A model generated the notes under the pieces. It saw only the letters and a list, made by a program, of their open reading frames with translations. It was not told where the DNA came from and searched no databases. From Chiloscyllium plagiosum (Eukaryota): a stretch of DNA of 63,533 nt. The stretch is taken from positions 1,949,703 to 2,013,235 of the forward strand of contig NC_057756.1 in assembly GCF_004010195.1 (NCBI RefSeq), read 5' to 3'. Shown one piece after another: positions 1-13,029 of this stretch (position 1 is its first letter; each line of letters begins with the position of its first letter). A program made the translations under genes and the position numbers.

Positions 1-334
1 ATTTGTGTAATTCTGTGTCTCGCTTTTCTATATATATTACAGAGGTGACGTTATTGGCAATTTTTAATGCCTGCCAGTCAGAGGGAATCGCTTGTAAATA
101 CTCCAACAGTTCCTGTTGTAAGAACTTTGGGACTTCCTGCTGGGTTTGTTTTCATCTCTGTTGGACTTACACGGTTACTCTACGATTTGCTTTTGAAATG
201 TCCCAGTGTTCTAACGTTAGTTGAAATGTGTCCTTTATTGTGCCCTTTGCACTTCAAATTTTGACACGACTTCAACGTCTTTAGAAATGTTACAGTGTTA
301 CCATTCTCCTTCTTCACGAATCCAGTCATCTTAC

Positions 335-370
335 TCAATGAAATATTATTTAATGTTTCCATTGTCGTCA
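335..370 (-). pseudogene. 36-nt exon relic, xTT MET LNN ISL
   Basis: Donor gtaaga intact; acceptor ttgttttctcacat (CAG>CAT). Confidence 0.35.
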
Positions 371-2269
371 ATGTGAGAAAACAAGTAAACATACCATATG
401 AAAACATATATATCCACGCATTTAAGGAGCATAATGTATAAGTAATGCCCCCTTCCTCTACAAGCTTATTTTAATGCTTGAGAAATGTTCGTCATGAAAT
501 CAAGTGAATTTCAGTGTTCTGGAAGTGAATAAAACAGATGTTGAGAATAATGGATGATAAATCTACAGCTACAAATATAGATTGCTATTTGATTGAGAAA
601 GCATTCAAAGAGATATTTGTCGGAATAAAGCTGCTAACATAAAATGTAAAATTTCATGAGCAACATAAAAAAAAAGATATTAACTGCTGATTGCTGTTAT
701 CTAATGTTGCGTCTATATTATGCCATATGTGGAAACTTTTATATTCTATGTATGTATTTCAGAGAAAGAAGTATGGACTTGCGTTGTGTGCCTGTTTACT
801 GGATGATGAAGGCTATAATAGTGATTTGACCTATTATGTTGATGTTTACCACTGAGTTTGGAAAATTGGCAGGAATCTGTTCTACTTACATAGGATGATA
901 GAATTGTTCCAAAATGAAGACAAAGTATGCTTGATTCACCGATGCAGTTGGGTTTTGAATTTTACACATTGTCGTAGGATACTTTCGAGATACCATATAA
1001 TGAGTATCAGGCACATAAAGGTTCATGGATTTTTAAAGAAATCTTCCCGTGTCTCGATGAATATTTGCCTACTCTTAAATGAGAAGAATACCAATAGACT
1101 TCATTCAAAGAGCGGTGCCAAGAGTCCTTCTTTAAAAAATAATGAAAGAATCAAAACATCGACCAGCACTGATGCACCAGCTAAATTCTAAAGAACTTTT
1201 ATCAGAACTAGTCATCTTCTTGTGTTTATGTGCTACTGTTATTTTTAGCAAATGATTTGAAATATCAGCGGCAACAACTTTTGATTACTTAGTAACCAAA
1301 TAAACAATTATTCGGAAAGAATGCAGAAAATATAAGGATGCTTATCAGGAGTATGAACATAAAAGCAGCAGATCTGTTTGCTGATGCAGGTGAAACAATT
1401 GCACTCATGTACATAATCATATTCATGTCCTCCCAATTATCCCTGTCTGGAAGATTCAATGTCAACATTGTTTCAAGTTTCAGTTATAATCCCTCACGAT
1501 AGTAATTGAATGAAAAATATAATACAATGCTGACTGATGAAACTAAAATTGAATCACTACAGTATTTAAAACGATATGTCTCAATTTGTGGTCATACATT
1601 TTAATTTGTCCATCATGTTTTGTTTATAATCTTTTAATTTATTTCACGTGTCATGCTTCTGTCTACTTTATCAGAGCCTTATTTTCTATGAATTGGTCAT
1701 ATCAATCAAACAACCTGTCAGCAACAAAAAAAATGTTTGATAACATTTTTAGAGGTGTCATTACGAAGCACACAGAAGACTGGAAATGTTACGAAATCGC
1801 GTAGTGAACTAAAGAAGAATAGTTGTAGCATGCCTAGCGACAAATATAGCATCCTAACAAGTAAAGACAAATGATGGGCATGCAGCAATGGAGAGTGCAT
1901 GGAACGCAAGAGCAAAAACAAGAAACAAGAAGATAGTGGGCACAGCAATGGCGAGAAAAATATTAGAAAGGGAAAATACTATTGCAATCAGCCAGGTATG
2001 GAATTAATGTGAGATGATATAACCTGTAAGATAAATCATGCATTCTATAAGCAATTGGTCATCATGCTGGACACGAGGAATAATCTGAAAGATCTCAGAA
2101 AATTTCAATCTGAGGACCAGAAGTGGAAGGCAGTTGTTTTGTGGATGTACTGGTATACATTTTTTGAGAACGGAACAGTAATTCAGAAACTCGGGTAAAT
2201 ATTTTGGGGACATATATTCGAATAATAACATGACAAATAGTGAATTATGAATCAAATGCATGTCTGCAA

Positions 2270-4500
2270 TACTAAGCTATGTTAACAATAGAAGGTTGTG
2301 CAGCACTGGTCTGAGGCAAATGACGAGATTCCCTGGGTGTTCTTGGAATCGGTGGACTAAACCATATGCAAGAATTCAGAGACAACCTAGACGAGTACAC
2401 CACCAGCGTCTGGGAATACATTAGCAAGTGTGTAGAGGACTGTGCGCCAAAGAAGATAATATGCATGTTCCCCAACTCGAAACTGAATACCACTGCCTAC
2501 TGAAGACCAGGCATGCGGCATTCACGTCAGGTGACTCAAACTTTAACAGAAAATCTTAATATTGCCTCTGCAAGACCATTTGAGATGCCAAGAAGCAGTA
2601 CAGGACCAGGTTAGACACCCAAACTAATCACACCGACAGCTTGCCACATTTGACAAGTCTTACAAGATACACCAGATAATAAAATGAACCAAAACGTAAC
2701 AGTGGATAAAAGACATCCCTCCCTGATGTGTTCAATACTTTTCATGCAGCTTTGAGCAGAATGCCAGTAGCTAGGTTTTAGATACGTGCAGTGATTTGGA
2801 CGCATCTCTTCCTTCAGTCATCAATGTGGGTGAGGATTTGGTGGTCTCGGAATATTGAGTTTAGTTTATTTGGGATTATAGTGTTGAAGACGAAGCGGTA
2901 GTCGATAAGTAGGAGCCTTACATAAGTACCCCTATTATCCAGATATTCCACCCATTGCTGTCAGGCTGGGAAAATGACGTTCTTTGTGGAACTGTTTTGC
3001 TGATCAGAAAACTGTAAGGGATCGTGGCAGGCTGCGAGGTTAGAGCTGATGTGGGCTACGACTTACAACTTGAGGCACTTCCTGCTTACTGAGGTCACAG
3101 TGAATGAGCGCTAGTTGTTAAGACATGTAGCATAAGTTTTCTTGGTACTGGGATGTGGTGGTCTTCTTGAAGCTGATAAGAAATTCAGATTTTATCAATG
3201 AGAGGTTAAATATGATAGGGATTACTTGCTCCAACGGGTTTGCACGGGATCCGGGAGTACATCCAGGGTCTACATCAGGGCATATGGCTTTCCCTGGTTT
3301 ATTTTCAAGAACGTTGATGAGACGTCTACGCGTTGACTACCGCATCGCCTTCAACATTATAATCCCACCAAAAACTAATCTCAAAACTCTGAGACAACAA
3401 TTTCCTCACCCACAGATCGCAATAAATTACGAGAACAAACAACACTTCTAACACAATAATCCTCAAGTGTGGCACCCCGAAAGGATGTGTACTCAGCCGA
3501 CAATGTATTCCCTGTCTACTCACGACTCTGGAGCCAAATTTCGTATGAATGCCATAGACGAGTTCACCGATGACACCAACATTGCCGTTTGTTTTTTTTT
3601 TAGATTAGAGTAGATTACATTACAGTGTGGAAACAGGCCCTTCGGCCCAACAAGTCCACACCGACCCGCCGAAGCGCAACTGTTGTTAAACAGTAATGAG
3701 TCATGATATGGAAATGCGTTAGATGGATTTGTTTCATATTGCACGGATATCAGTCTCTCTGTCAATGTCAGAAAAACAAAATAACTGTTCATTGACTTCA
3801 GGAAGAAACGTGGAGGAACACCTTGATCGACACCAATGGACTGAGAATGAGAAATTCGCGAGCGTCAAGTTCATAGCAATGACGTTATCAAACAAACTTA
3901 CCCTTGAATTTGTACGGAAATGTGACAATCAAGAAGGCTTGACAAAACTTTTTCTTCCTCCAGACGTTTCGGAAATTCGAAACGTCTTTCAGAACCACCA
4001 CCAGGTTTGCCGTTGGAGCATTGAAACTATTCTGTCTGTATACTTAATACCTTGGTACCACAACAGCTCTCCCCAGAACGAGTAGAAACTACAGAAGGTT
4101 GTGTGCACAAGCCAGACCATTAAGAATACCGAGCTCCCATCCAAGGACTTCTATGAAAGTTCTGGTTTTGACAGAATAGCTGACAATGACATCAAACATC
4201 CTTCCACCCCTGTAATGCTTTCTTCAAATCTCTTCTGTCAGGCAGGTTACACAATCACTTCAACACACACCAGGAGGTTCAAGAACAGCGTTTTACCTGC
4301 TGTTAATAGACAGCTGAATGGACCTCTCTAATTTCAAATGTAGTTTTGATCACGTTTCCGTGCACCTCAAGTGCAACTGTAAACCTATATGCGTGTGTCT
4401 TAATAACTTATCCTCGGTATATTATTGCATTTTAATATATATTGTGCAAGACGAAAAAAAATACATTACACTTCACTCAGATACACGGAAAAACAATAAA
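2270..4500 (+). mobile_element. Degenerate Rex1/Babar-type LINE, internally rearranged (about 2770-3300 inverted)
   Basis: Translations LDEYTTSVWEYISKCVEDC..FPN and VDYRIAFNIIIP/PKGCVLS on plus, and YLDNRGTYVRLLLIDYRFVFNTII on minus, resemble Rex1 ORF/RT motifs; many stops. Confidence 0.8.
3600..3680 (-). mobile_element. 3' fragment of HE1-type SINE inserted into the Rex LINE
   Basis: Near-exact reverse complement of the tail of the SINE at 39840-39915. Confidence 0.85.
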
Positions 4501-5149
4501 TCAAATCAAAATTTGCAAATGATTAAATACTGTTTATTTTGAAAGGCCATAAAGTTGCTTAATGCATTTTTGGACAGGAAGCTTGCAATTTCATCCCAGC
4601 CTTGCTTCGGTAATATTTTCACAATGACATGAAAGACCTTGCATGTTAAATACGCTCTCGTAATTGTAATAAATGCTGCCTTAGACAGGAGCGTCCATAT
4701 CACATGATGCAAAAAATTATAATCAATAAAAACAAGTGAAAATCTGAGAAAACAACAACAAAATCTGAGAAAGCCAGATTCGGTGTGATTGGCACTACAT
4801 AATGTGATAGAGGGAGTGGTGTATCTGAATATCTTCGTGACCAATAGGGCCATTTGTTCCTGATACTTATCATCAATGTTTCTGATGACAAAGAAAGAAA
4901 TGCATAGCGAGTGCAGAACATTATATGAAATTTGTGTCCAAAGCGTTTTTTTTTACTTTTACATAAGCTGGAACAAGTGAAAATTGATCTGTAAGAGCAG
5001 AGCAAGTTAACTTTTTTGCTAATAGCCTGGACTGCAGACATGTTTATGAATCCCATATTCATTTTATGTTTTCTCATTTTTCCAATATTTACAAATGAAA
5101 CTGCTGAAGACTTGAAGAATTGCCATACAGAAAGGAAGAGACAAAATGT

Positions 5150-6310
5150 AGGATTCCCTGTCCTGTGATCTTTGAAATCAGTGTTCTTAGTAGAGGCCAT
5201 AATGCAGCGACTCGAATACACAACTCTGCCGACCATTCATTCAAACTGTGGGTCCACTCTGTGGATGACACCTTTGTCATCACTCAACAAAATAAATCTT
5301 CAAGATGATCAGTAATGTCATTGCTGGCTTAAAATTCATAGAAGAGGAGGAAATGAACAACATTCTGTCATTCCTGAATGTCACATGTTGAGCGAAGTGT
5401 CAATAGAGAATTTCAAACCAGCATCTACAGGAAAAGAAAACATTGGGACCAAATAAAGAACTACAGAAGTAGTCATCCCAACACCCACAAACGAAGCTAC
5501 TTTAGAGAAATATTTCAACGATCTACAACAGACTATTGCACGGAAGAACTACGAAGCACAGAGAAAAATCTTCTTTTCAGCATATTCACAAAGAACAGTG
5601 ACCCAATGAACTCGTACACCGATTTCCGAGCAACAAGCAAAAACAAGCAGACAAAAAGCGCCCAGATACACTAGCCGCTGTCTCCTACATCAAAAACAAC
5701 TCGAAAATGACTACCAGACGACTGAGACTGTTGCCATCACAGTAGCCCACACACCCAACAACACATTAAAACATCAGCAAATCAATACAAAAGACTGTAT
5801 AGAGACAACAAGCTAAACGAATGTCTTTTACAAAAGTCCTTGTAAGAACTGTAACGACAATCAGGCAGAAAATTAGTCACCAGGATACATGAACTTCAAT
5901 CAGCCACAAAAAGACATGAGCCACTATTGCCAGTATGCTTACATACAAATGTGGATGGATACCTCATGGATCGTACCAATACATCAATACTAGGACTAGT
6001 GAAACGGCGATATGTAGGAAAATTGTCAGAAAGAATGCATTTCAACCAGAACTCCAACAACAAACACGTCGACTTAAACTCTATCTTCCACCCTTTGACA
6101 AAAAAGCAGGAAATAGCATCTTCTACGCAGGAAATGACAACAGTACCTGAAATAACGCCACCAATCCAAGGAAACCACAAGAACCTAAATAGAAGATGGG
6201 ACATAACACCAGCCCTTCAGCGGACGCTGACTGATCATGTCAACGAGTGTGCTGGTGGAACGTCTGAAATCGTTCGTGCCATCTCAGTGAGTAAACTTAC
6301 ACCCATTCCA
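5150..6310 (+). mobile_element. Degenerate Penelope-like retroelement (RT plus GIY-YIG remnants)
   Basis: KLWVHSVDDTFVI (YVDD motif), EEEMNNILSFLNV, SIYRKRKHWDQIKNYRSSHPNTHK; decayed hammerhead-like tail near 6230-6265. Confidence 0.8.
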
Positions 6311-7934
6311 TATGTGTCTAGCAGGGTGTTATAGTTGAATATACAAGTATTTGCAATATTAATGCACGGGGTTTTTTCCTTGTAGATTGTCAAAAACCTA
6401 CACGTTTGGCCTGAGAGTCAATAAACAAAGCAGATGCAGCATTTAGTCGTATAGATTTCAGGGCAACGAACTAACCCATCATGACTATAGCTTTGTGTTA
6501 TAATGCACGGGATACTCAACTCCTGCCACCGTCTGCCAAACGTTATTATATAGTGAACAGAGCAGAGCACCGCTCTGACAGTCTGAATCCACCTGCCAAA
6601 TAACCAGACAACTCCATTCATGATTTGTATAATTTGTTGTCTCTTTGGTTGTTCTTCATGCGATTGCAGCTGAGAAAAGCAAGAACAAAAGTCCTAAAAA
6701 TATGCATTTTCAGTAAGGAAAACATGAGCAGAGAAGTTCTATACCGAACAATATTCGCGAATAGTTTGCTGTAATCAACTATTATTGATTGAGTGAAGAA
6801 AGCAGTTTATTAAAGTTGGGGAAGATGCTGGAGTCACATTTCAGGAAAAAAAATTCGTTCCAATCAATGTTTCTTAAAGAGAAATGTACACGTTACAACC
6901 TGTAATGGTGAAGAAATCGATGCTTATAATGTGCACATAAAACTTCTTGTGCCAGATGGCTTCCATTCAGTTAAGTTTGTAACTCAACTTCCATCGGTCT
7001 TGTTAATAAGTATTTCTATTTTTCATTTTACCAGGACTGGGAGCAGACAATATAGAGAAATTAATTATTACATTTGGCCCAATTCACTCAGACAATTCTT
7101 TGGTCGGTATCGGGACATAGATACTCATGTATTATTTCAAAATTTTCTTTACTCGTTATATTTATTTTTCTTTTATAGTGCTGTGCAGTTTCACCTTCAT
7201 TGATTAAGTACTCCTTCGGTCAATGATGGTTGTAGTGCATTGCAATTGACACTGATGTAAAGCGCCTGTGTTGAATTCCTTCTCAAGTTTATTAGTTTTT
7301 AAAAATTTATTTCACTTATTGCATTTCGTGACTTTGCATAGAGATATGGAACAGTTCTTCTCAAATCATACTCAGTACAAAAAAAACATAAAAATGCTCA
7401 GGTAGCATATTCAGATACAATGAAGAGTTGATGAGATGATGGCGCTCTTCAATATTGTATGTTTCCATGTTTCCGTTTAGTTCTGCTGTTTGGACAAATT
7501 TCAAGCGTGTTAGTTGACCATTAAGATATTTCTCTCGCCTTATTTGGAAACCTTGTGCTCCATCACTTGTAAATGTTTCATATCAGTTTAATAATGTATG
7601 GAAAGGCGTGAACGAATCAAATACGATCCGAAAAACAACGAACAAATCTTAACAGAATGGGAGAATGTTTGCTAGACCGGAAATATTTACTATGCTTTCT
7701 TTCAATAATGTTACCAATCCAGATAGTTTTCTCTAAAATATTTTGTTTTTGTTGTGTGTGCAGGAGTTTGTTTTAGGTCTCCAGCATCCTCAGCTTTTGT
7801 ATTATTTTAGCCAATAGCGTTTAAAATCATTTCGATAAAGTTCACCAAACAAGAAAAACCTATGCTTGCTTTGCCTTCATTTGGATTTCTAAACTCTAGT
7901 AAAATTTTCAGTAATGCGTTCATATAATGAGGTC

Positions 7935-7970
7935 TTTTCTTTCCTCTGACCCTCTGAGAATTCCATTCAT
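7935..7970 (-). pseudogene. 36-nt exon relic, DEW NSQ RVR GKK
   Basis: gtttactaaaag acceptor; donor position gacctc. Confidence 0.35.
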
Positions 7971-8422
7971 CTTTTAGTAAACGAGTTTAGAGTTGTTCAA
8001 ACGAAGCTATAGAATTTCACAATTGTATGACTTTGATATACTTTCCCGACTTTACTCGTTTCGAATGTTACTTAATTCCTGTTTATTGTTGCTCAACAAT
8101 ATTGTAACTGATCACAAATTATTTCTGAAAATTGGTTTAGATCAGATCTATGCTTGCAATGATCGTCTATGGAAATTTCCTCTCAGCGAAGATTAAAATG
8201 CTCGAATAATAGGTTACCTATTAAAATTAGCTGATTGATAGCCTCATGTCTATATTTGCCAGCATACGTTATGGACAATATAGCACAAAAAGAAAATAAT
8301 ATGTCACGTATATTTACATGTTCACATAATGCATATTTAACAAATCTCTTTCAACTTTTAGAGACGTAGTTTTCACATTTGTGTTTACAAGAAATGATGC
8401 ACTGTTTGCATGTATTACCGAC

Positions 8423-8458
8423 CTGTGTCTCTTTTCTTTCGGTTCAATGCTCTCATTT
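8423..8458 (-). CDS. 36-nt phase-1 micro-exon, (E)MRALNRKKRDT
   Basis: tttcattcatttcag|AAATGAGAGCATTGAACCGAAAGAAAAGAGACACAG|gtcggt. Confidence 0.6.
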
Positions 8459-9239
8459 CTGAAATGAATGAAACGTCTAACCATTTAGTGTTCAGTTTCG
8501 TAGCATTGCATGGTTTCTGGTAAGATGATGAAAGCCTTTCTTTACGCTCGTAGTAAATTTCTTAAAGGAATATGTGAGCAATAGTTCTGGAAACACAGGG
8601 TCATTACTGTGGCAAACCTGGATAACAGAAAAACGTTACACTTCCCATGGAACAATCAACAAATTCATAATCTGATTGTCTCAGGCGAACAAAAAGAAAA
8701 ATACACTCTTCGTTGCTAAAACATGGGGTATATCCCTTCATCAACATAAGTATAAATGAACAATCGAATAGCTCATTGCGTTATTATGATCTGTCAATGG
8801 TAAGGAAAAGCCGATTAGGAATGAAGGAAGAAAAAAAAACCTCTCCCAGAGAGTGATGAACTTATGACAGTCGCAAGTATATGGGTCTAAAGTGAGAACA
8901 GGATGCTGTGTAGGGTGAGCAGCCATGAATATTTTGTATGTTGAAGAAGGCTCGAATGAGCTGAATGATCCTTTTTTTTAAATATACGTTTCTATGAAAT
9001 TTAAGCATTTTGATTTTTTTCGTTACTATTGGACACTTCAACAAATTTATACTGGATACATTATATTCAGCAATGTGGTTCTGCTGTTAGAGTTCTTAAA
9101 TATGCCATAAATTATTTGGTGATTAATTTCTTCCTTCTATTTTTAGTTACTGGCACTATCACTTTGACTCGCCGTTCAGAAACAGATGTGTTTCGTTAAA
9201 TGTCAGTATGAAATTCTTGTTTTAAAATTTATTTTCTAC

Positions 9240-9293
9240 CTGCTCCTTCTGCTCTCTCAGTGTTCACTGGGTCCTCATTCTCCTCTTGAAATC
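9240..9293 (-). CDS. 54-nt phase-1 exon, (G)FQEENEDPVNTERAEGA
   Basis: tttttagtgtgtcag|GATTTCAAGAGGAG...GCAGAAGGAGCAG|gtagaa; every third codon begins with G. Confidence 0.6.
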
Positions 9294-9813
9294 CTGACAC
9301 ACTAAAAATAACTTAGTGCTACGTTGTTCACTACTCTCCCAATGGAAAAAAGCACAGCCTCTCAAAATCTAACATGGTTCCTTCCAGGATCGGTGATGTT
9401 TCTCTGGCATCACAACATGCTCACCAGGGCAACGCGCTTCTATTAAATACATTGATAAATTTAATCAAGTGGAGTATATGTGGGACTTCTTATTTGCAAA
9501 GATAATCACAGTTTGTTTCACCTGTTTGCTATGTACTGCACTCTATCATTTTTTTAGGTTCAATGAGAATGCATTTCTACTGAACACTGGCCCGTATTTA
9601 ACCAGAAAAGAAGCTATGCTGGCAATATTTAAAAATACTTTGAGGTTTATAGACGATAACTTTCCAGTGACTTTCGATTGTTCTTCAAAAATGATGCAAC
9701 TGGGAAAATCAGTGTTCATTTATTTCCAAAGGAATGTAATATGAAAGTATATATGTTTGCAACTGAAGGAAACATTGCCACGATGTGGAGTTAATTCCAT
9801 TCTCTGGACTCAC

Positions 9814-9840
9814 CATCTTCGCCAATCTTTGTATTGATAT
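9814..9840 (-). CDS. 27-nt phase-1 micro-exon, (D)INTKIGED
   Basis: tttctttacataatttag|ATATCAATACAAAGATTGGCGAAGATG|gtgagt. Confidence 0.65.
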
Positions 9841-10212
9841 CTAAATTATGTAAAGAAACATCAGGAGGAATAAATGACACTTGCAATAATTCAAGAAATA
9901 AGTCGAGAGAGCAACTTCACACACGGTTTGCACCTCACGAAGGTAACAGTTGTCAATCTGAAATAATTGGATGCAAATTCTCCATGAAACAGAAGTTAAA
10001 TTGTTCGATATGAATCTTTGAGAAAATAGAACCACATTACATCGCGATCCTGCAATTTTTGCTTTTTTGGCATTCATGGAATTGAGTAACCGGTGCGCTC
10101 CACTACTCACGATGGTAATGAGAACTATCACACAAATATTTACAAGAGCTATTGTATCAAACTCATGTCTGCTTCTTGATTTGACAAGAACATGCCGGTC
10201 TTCTTTGATTAC

Positions 10213-10239
10213 CTGTCGTAATTGATCTCTTCATTCGTT
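10213..10239 (-). CDS. 27-nt phase-1 micro-exon, (E)RMKRSITT
   Basis: ctgttcaatttcag|AACGAATGAAGAGATCAATTACGACAG|gtaatc. Confidence 0.6.
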
Positions 10240-12759
10240 CTGAAATTGAACAGATGCCATGAGCGCAGGACATGGATGTTTTTCATTTACCGAGCACCTT
10301 ATTCTCGTTACAGAATTTCTTTAAAATTCAGTCTTGAAGATGATAAAAGGAAATGCTTAATGTCATCACATTGCTAAGTGCTAAATCGTTTGTATTCTGG
10401 AAAAGCTAATATGCACTAATGTAAAACAATGAGCTATGATATCAATCTTTTGTATTGCGCACACATTTAGAAAATTAAATGAGAAAATGTAAAGAAAAGT
10501 GGTCTATTTGCAAATATCGTACTGGAATATGAACAGTTCTCTTGCTGGAGCACTGCTACATTTTGTAACTTGCATCTAATAGGCAACAACTCAGAGACTG
10601 GAATTACTCATCAATAGCTGCAATTCGGTATTCCACAATTTGTGCACCATCCACAATCAACATGTTTAAAGTTATATCACGTTCAACGCTATTGATTCTT
10701 TTTTGAAAAAAAATACACACATCACTTACGAGTAAAACAAATGCCTCATATTACAGCTACATCATTAATAAAGTTGAATAATGCAGCTTTTTAGCTATGA
10801 TACTATCATGAAAGTTGAGCATATAAGGTTGTAAGGCAAATATTATATGGAATAAAATGCAAGCCAAACATTTAATTGGACATTCATGCTTCTTGAATTC
10901 ATTCTGTCGTTTAATTAAACCATGACTGCCAAGTAATGTGTATTGTTATTTGTTTGAAAAGTTCGACGATTTTGATTTCGCATCCCTGACCTTATAATTC
11001 TTGATTTTGATTTTATTTCCATGTGTACTCAACTAAGGAAGAAAATGTACAGGAGTACCGAGATAAGTGTATAATATTGTTGCTAACTTAGATAAAAGGA
11101 GCAAGACATAGAATCTTAAGAAGACCAAAAGATAGAACAACGTCAAAATTTAACATTGAAGCAATTGTAACATAGTGCAAAGCAAATGCAATAAAGCTGA
11201 AGTTATACTTTGCAGATCTTCTCCGTTTTAAGTAGAAAATAAAGAAATAAAGCTGAAAATTCGTTTCAGTATTTGTTATGGGGTTTTTAGGAATTACCTT
11301 GCAACTAGGAGTTCGTTAGGAGTGCAGACTGGGTCGAGAGATCACCATATACCACCAAAACATCGTGTTTGGCCAAAAGGTGTTCCCCACGCCAGATGCA
11401 TGAGCCACCAGGTTGGGCCAAAAGGCTACTCCGCAAGAGTGAGGGTCCACCGTGCGGTGCCTTGATGGGCCACGAGGCTTCTCTCCAGGATGGAAGATGG
11501 CCACGACATCTTCTGGGAGATTGGCAAACCGCCAGACAGGTAGGCCTGCACATTAAGGTGGGAGACCGCCTTGCTCTCCTAGAATACTGCCTCAAAAGAT
11601 ATATGCTGAGTCCGAAGTTTGGAGTCATTGGCTGGGCATTAGAGGATTTGTGTCCATGGCCAGGGGAAGAACAAGCTGAAAAGTGAAGAACAAAAAGAGG
11701 GAGAAGAAGGAAATGGACCGAATGGACGAGTTTTGTGTTAAGCGTCCTTCTCCACTGCTTCTTGGTTAATGCTGAGCACCATTCACTCTGAACATTCTTT
11801 TCTGATTAAATTTCAACCTCGCTTTAGCAGCATCTCATGTAAAACTCCGAGATATTAAACACTGACAAAAAATCTCATTCGTCCGATTTAAACTGCATCA
11901 GTTATTTCAATGCGTGATTGCATTGTCAATCAAATATTGCCTATGAACACTTAATTTTTGATAAGCAAAAACCTTTCAACATTCAAATAATAAATCTAAA
12001 TTGAAATAATCACAGCAATTTTCACACAAACCGTAGACTGCACCTGGAGTTCCAGTGTGTTTGCAGTCTAACCTGCCATCAACGATCAAATCTTCCGGAG
12101 TAATATTAATGTTTCGCTCAATTTTAATACGCTTTGCAGCCTCAAGTAATGTGATGTTTAAAACCTTCGATGAAATTGATCTAATCATTGTGGAAAACCT
12201 GAATAATTCCACTGTACAGTAGTCAATATCTTTTAGATGCATTGTCTATGCACAGTTATTATTCTTCGCATCATGATGTTCTATTCATAAACAATCCTCT
12301 CCAAAGCCCATTGGTCCCTTCTGAAATGTTTATGTATGATAGAAAGCAACAATTTAGTCCCTGATGCAACATAGTGAACAAATATCCACTTATCTTAATA
12401 TAGACACTTCTTCCAGGAAGAATAAACGATTCAGTGCTTCCAGACTACACGATAACTGAGTAGGAACGTGACTGATGTCAAATTAATTTCGAAAGAAAAC
12501 CCTACTGTTCATCTATCAATTATTTCATAACAAAAACCTAATCTAGCTCTCTCATAATCACAGCAATGAAATATAAAAAAGTTAACGAAGCAAAGCTATT
12601 CCGACCAAAGTCTGAAGATCCTGATAACAACAAAAAAAGACTGTGAAAGCTTGAAATCGAAAATATAACCAGAGATTGCAGGGCAAGATTAGCAAAGCTG
12701 ACAATGCAGGATCTGAAAAGTCCTACAGAAAGTTATATGCACAGCCCAGATCTTCATGA

Positions 12760-13025
12760 AAGCCAACATCCTATCCGTTGTGTCCACTTACACTTTATTT
12801 CTGCAGAAAGCATGCCAAGATCAATAAACACTCCTCTCATTTCGTGAATACTATTCCACAAACACTTCCGTGCTGGAGAAGATTAACAAGCTTGAAAACA
12901 CTGACGAACGTTTTAAACAACCGCTTCCTTTGGACTGTTATCAGGCTGCTGAATAGAGCTCGCTAATTTCAATCATAAAGTTGATCTTGTGTTTGTGCAC
13001 CTCCTGTTAAGCTGTTTTCTTGTTT
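12760..13025 (+). mobile_element. Rex/Babar LINE 3' end, continuing at about 14413-14520 after a Penelope insertion
   Basis: Similar to the Rex 3' end at 4150-4500. Confidence 0.55.
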
Positions 13026-13029
13026 TCCT

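Noticed and set aside
4700..5236. Longest ORF in the track (178 aa)
   Set aside because: Starts antisense within a Penelope relic, has no recognisable motif, and its composition looks non-coding.
8423..10239. Furin-like RMKR and RKKR sites suggesting a polyprotein precursor
   Set aside because: Not shared by the paralogous 36-nt exons, and basic residues are expected in this Lys/Arg-rich, possibly Gly-derived sequence.
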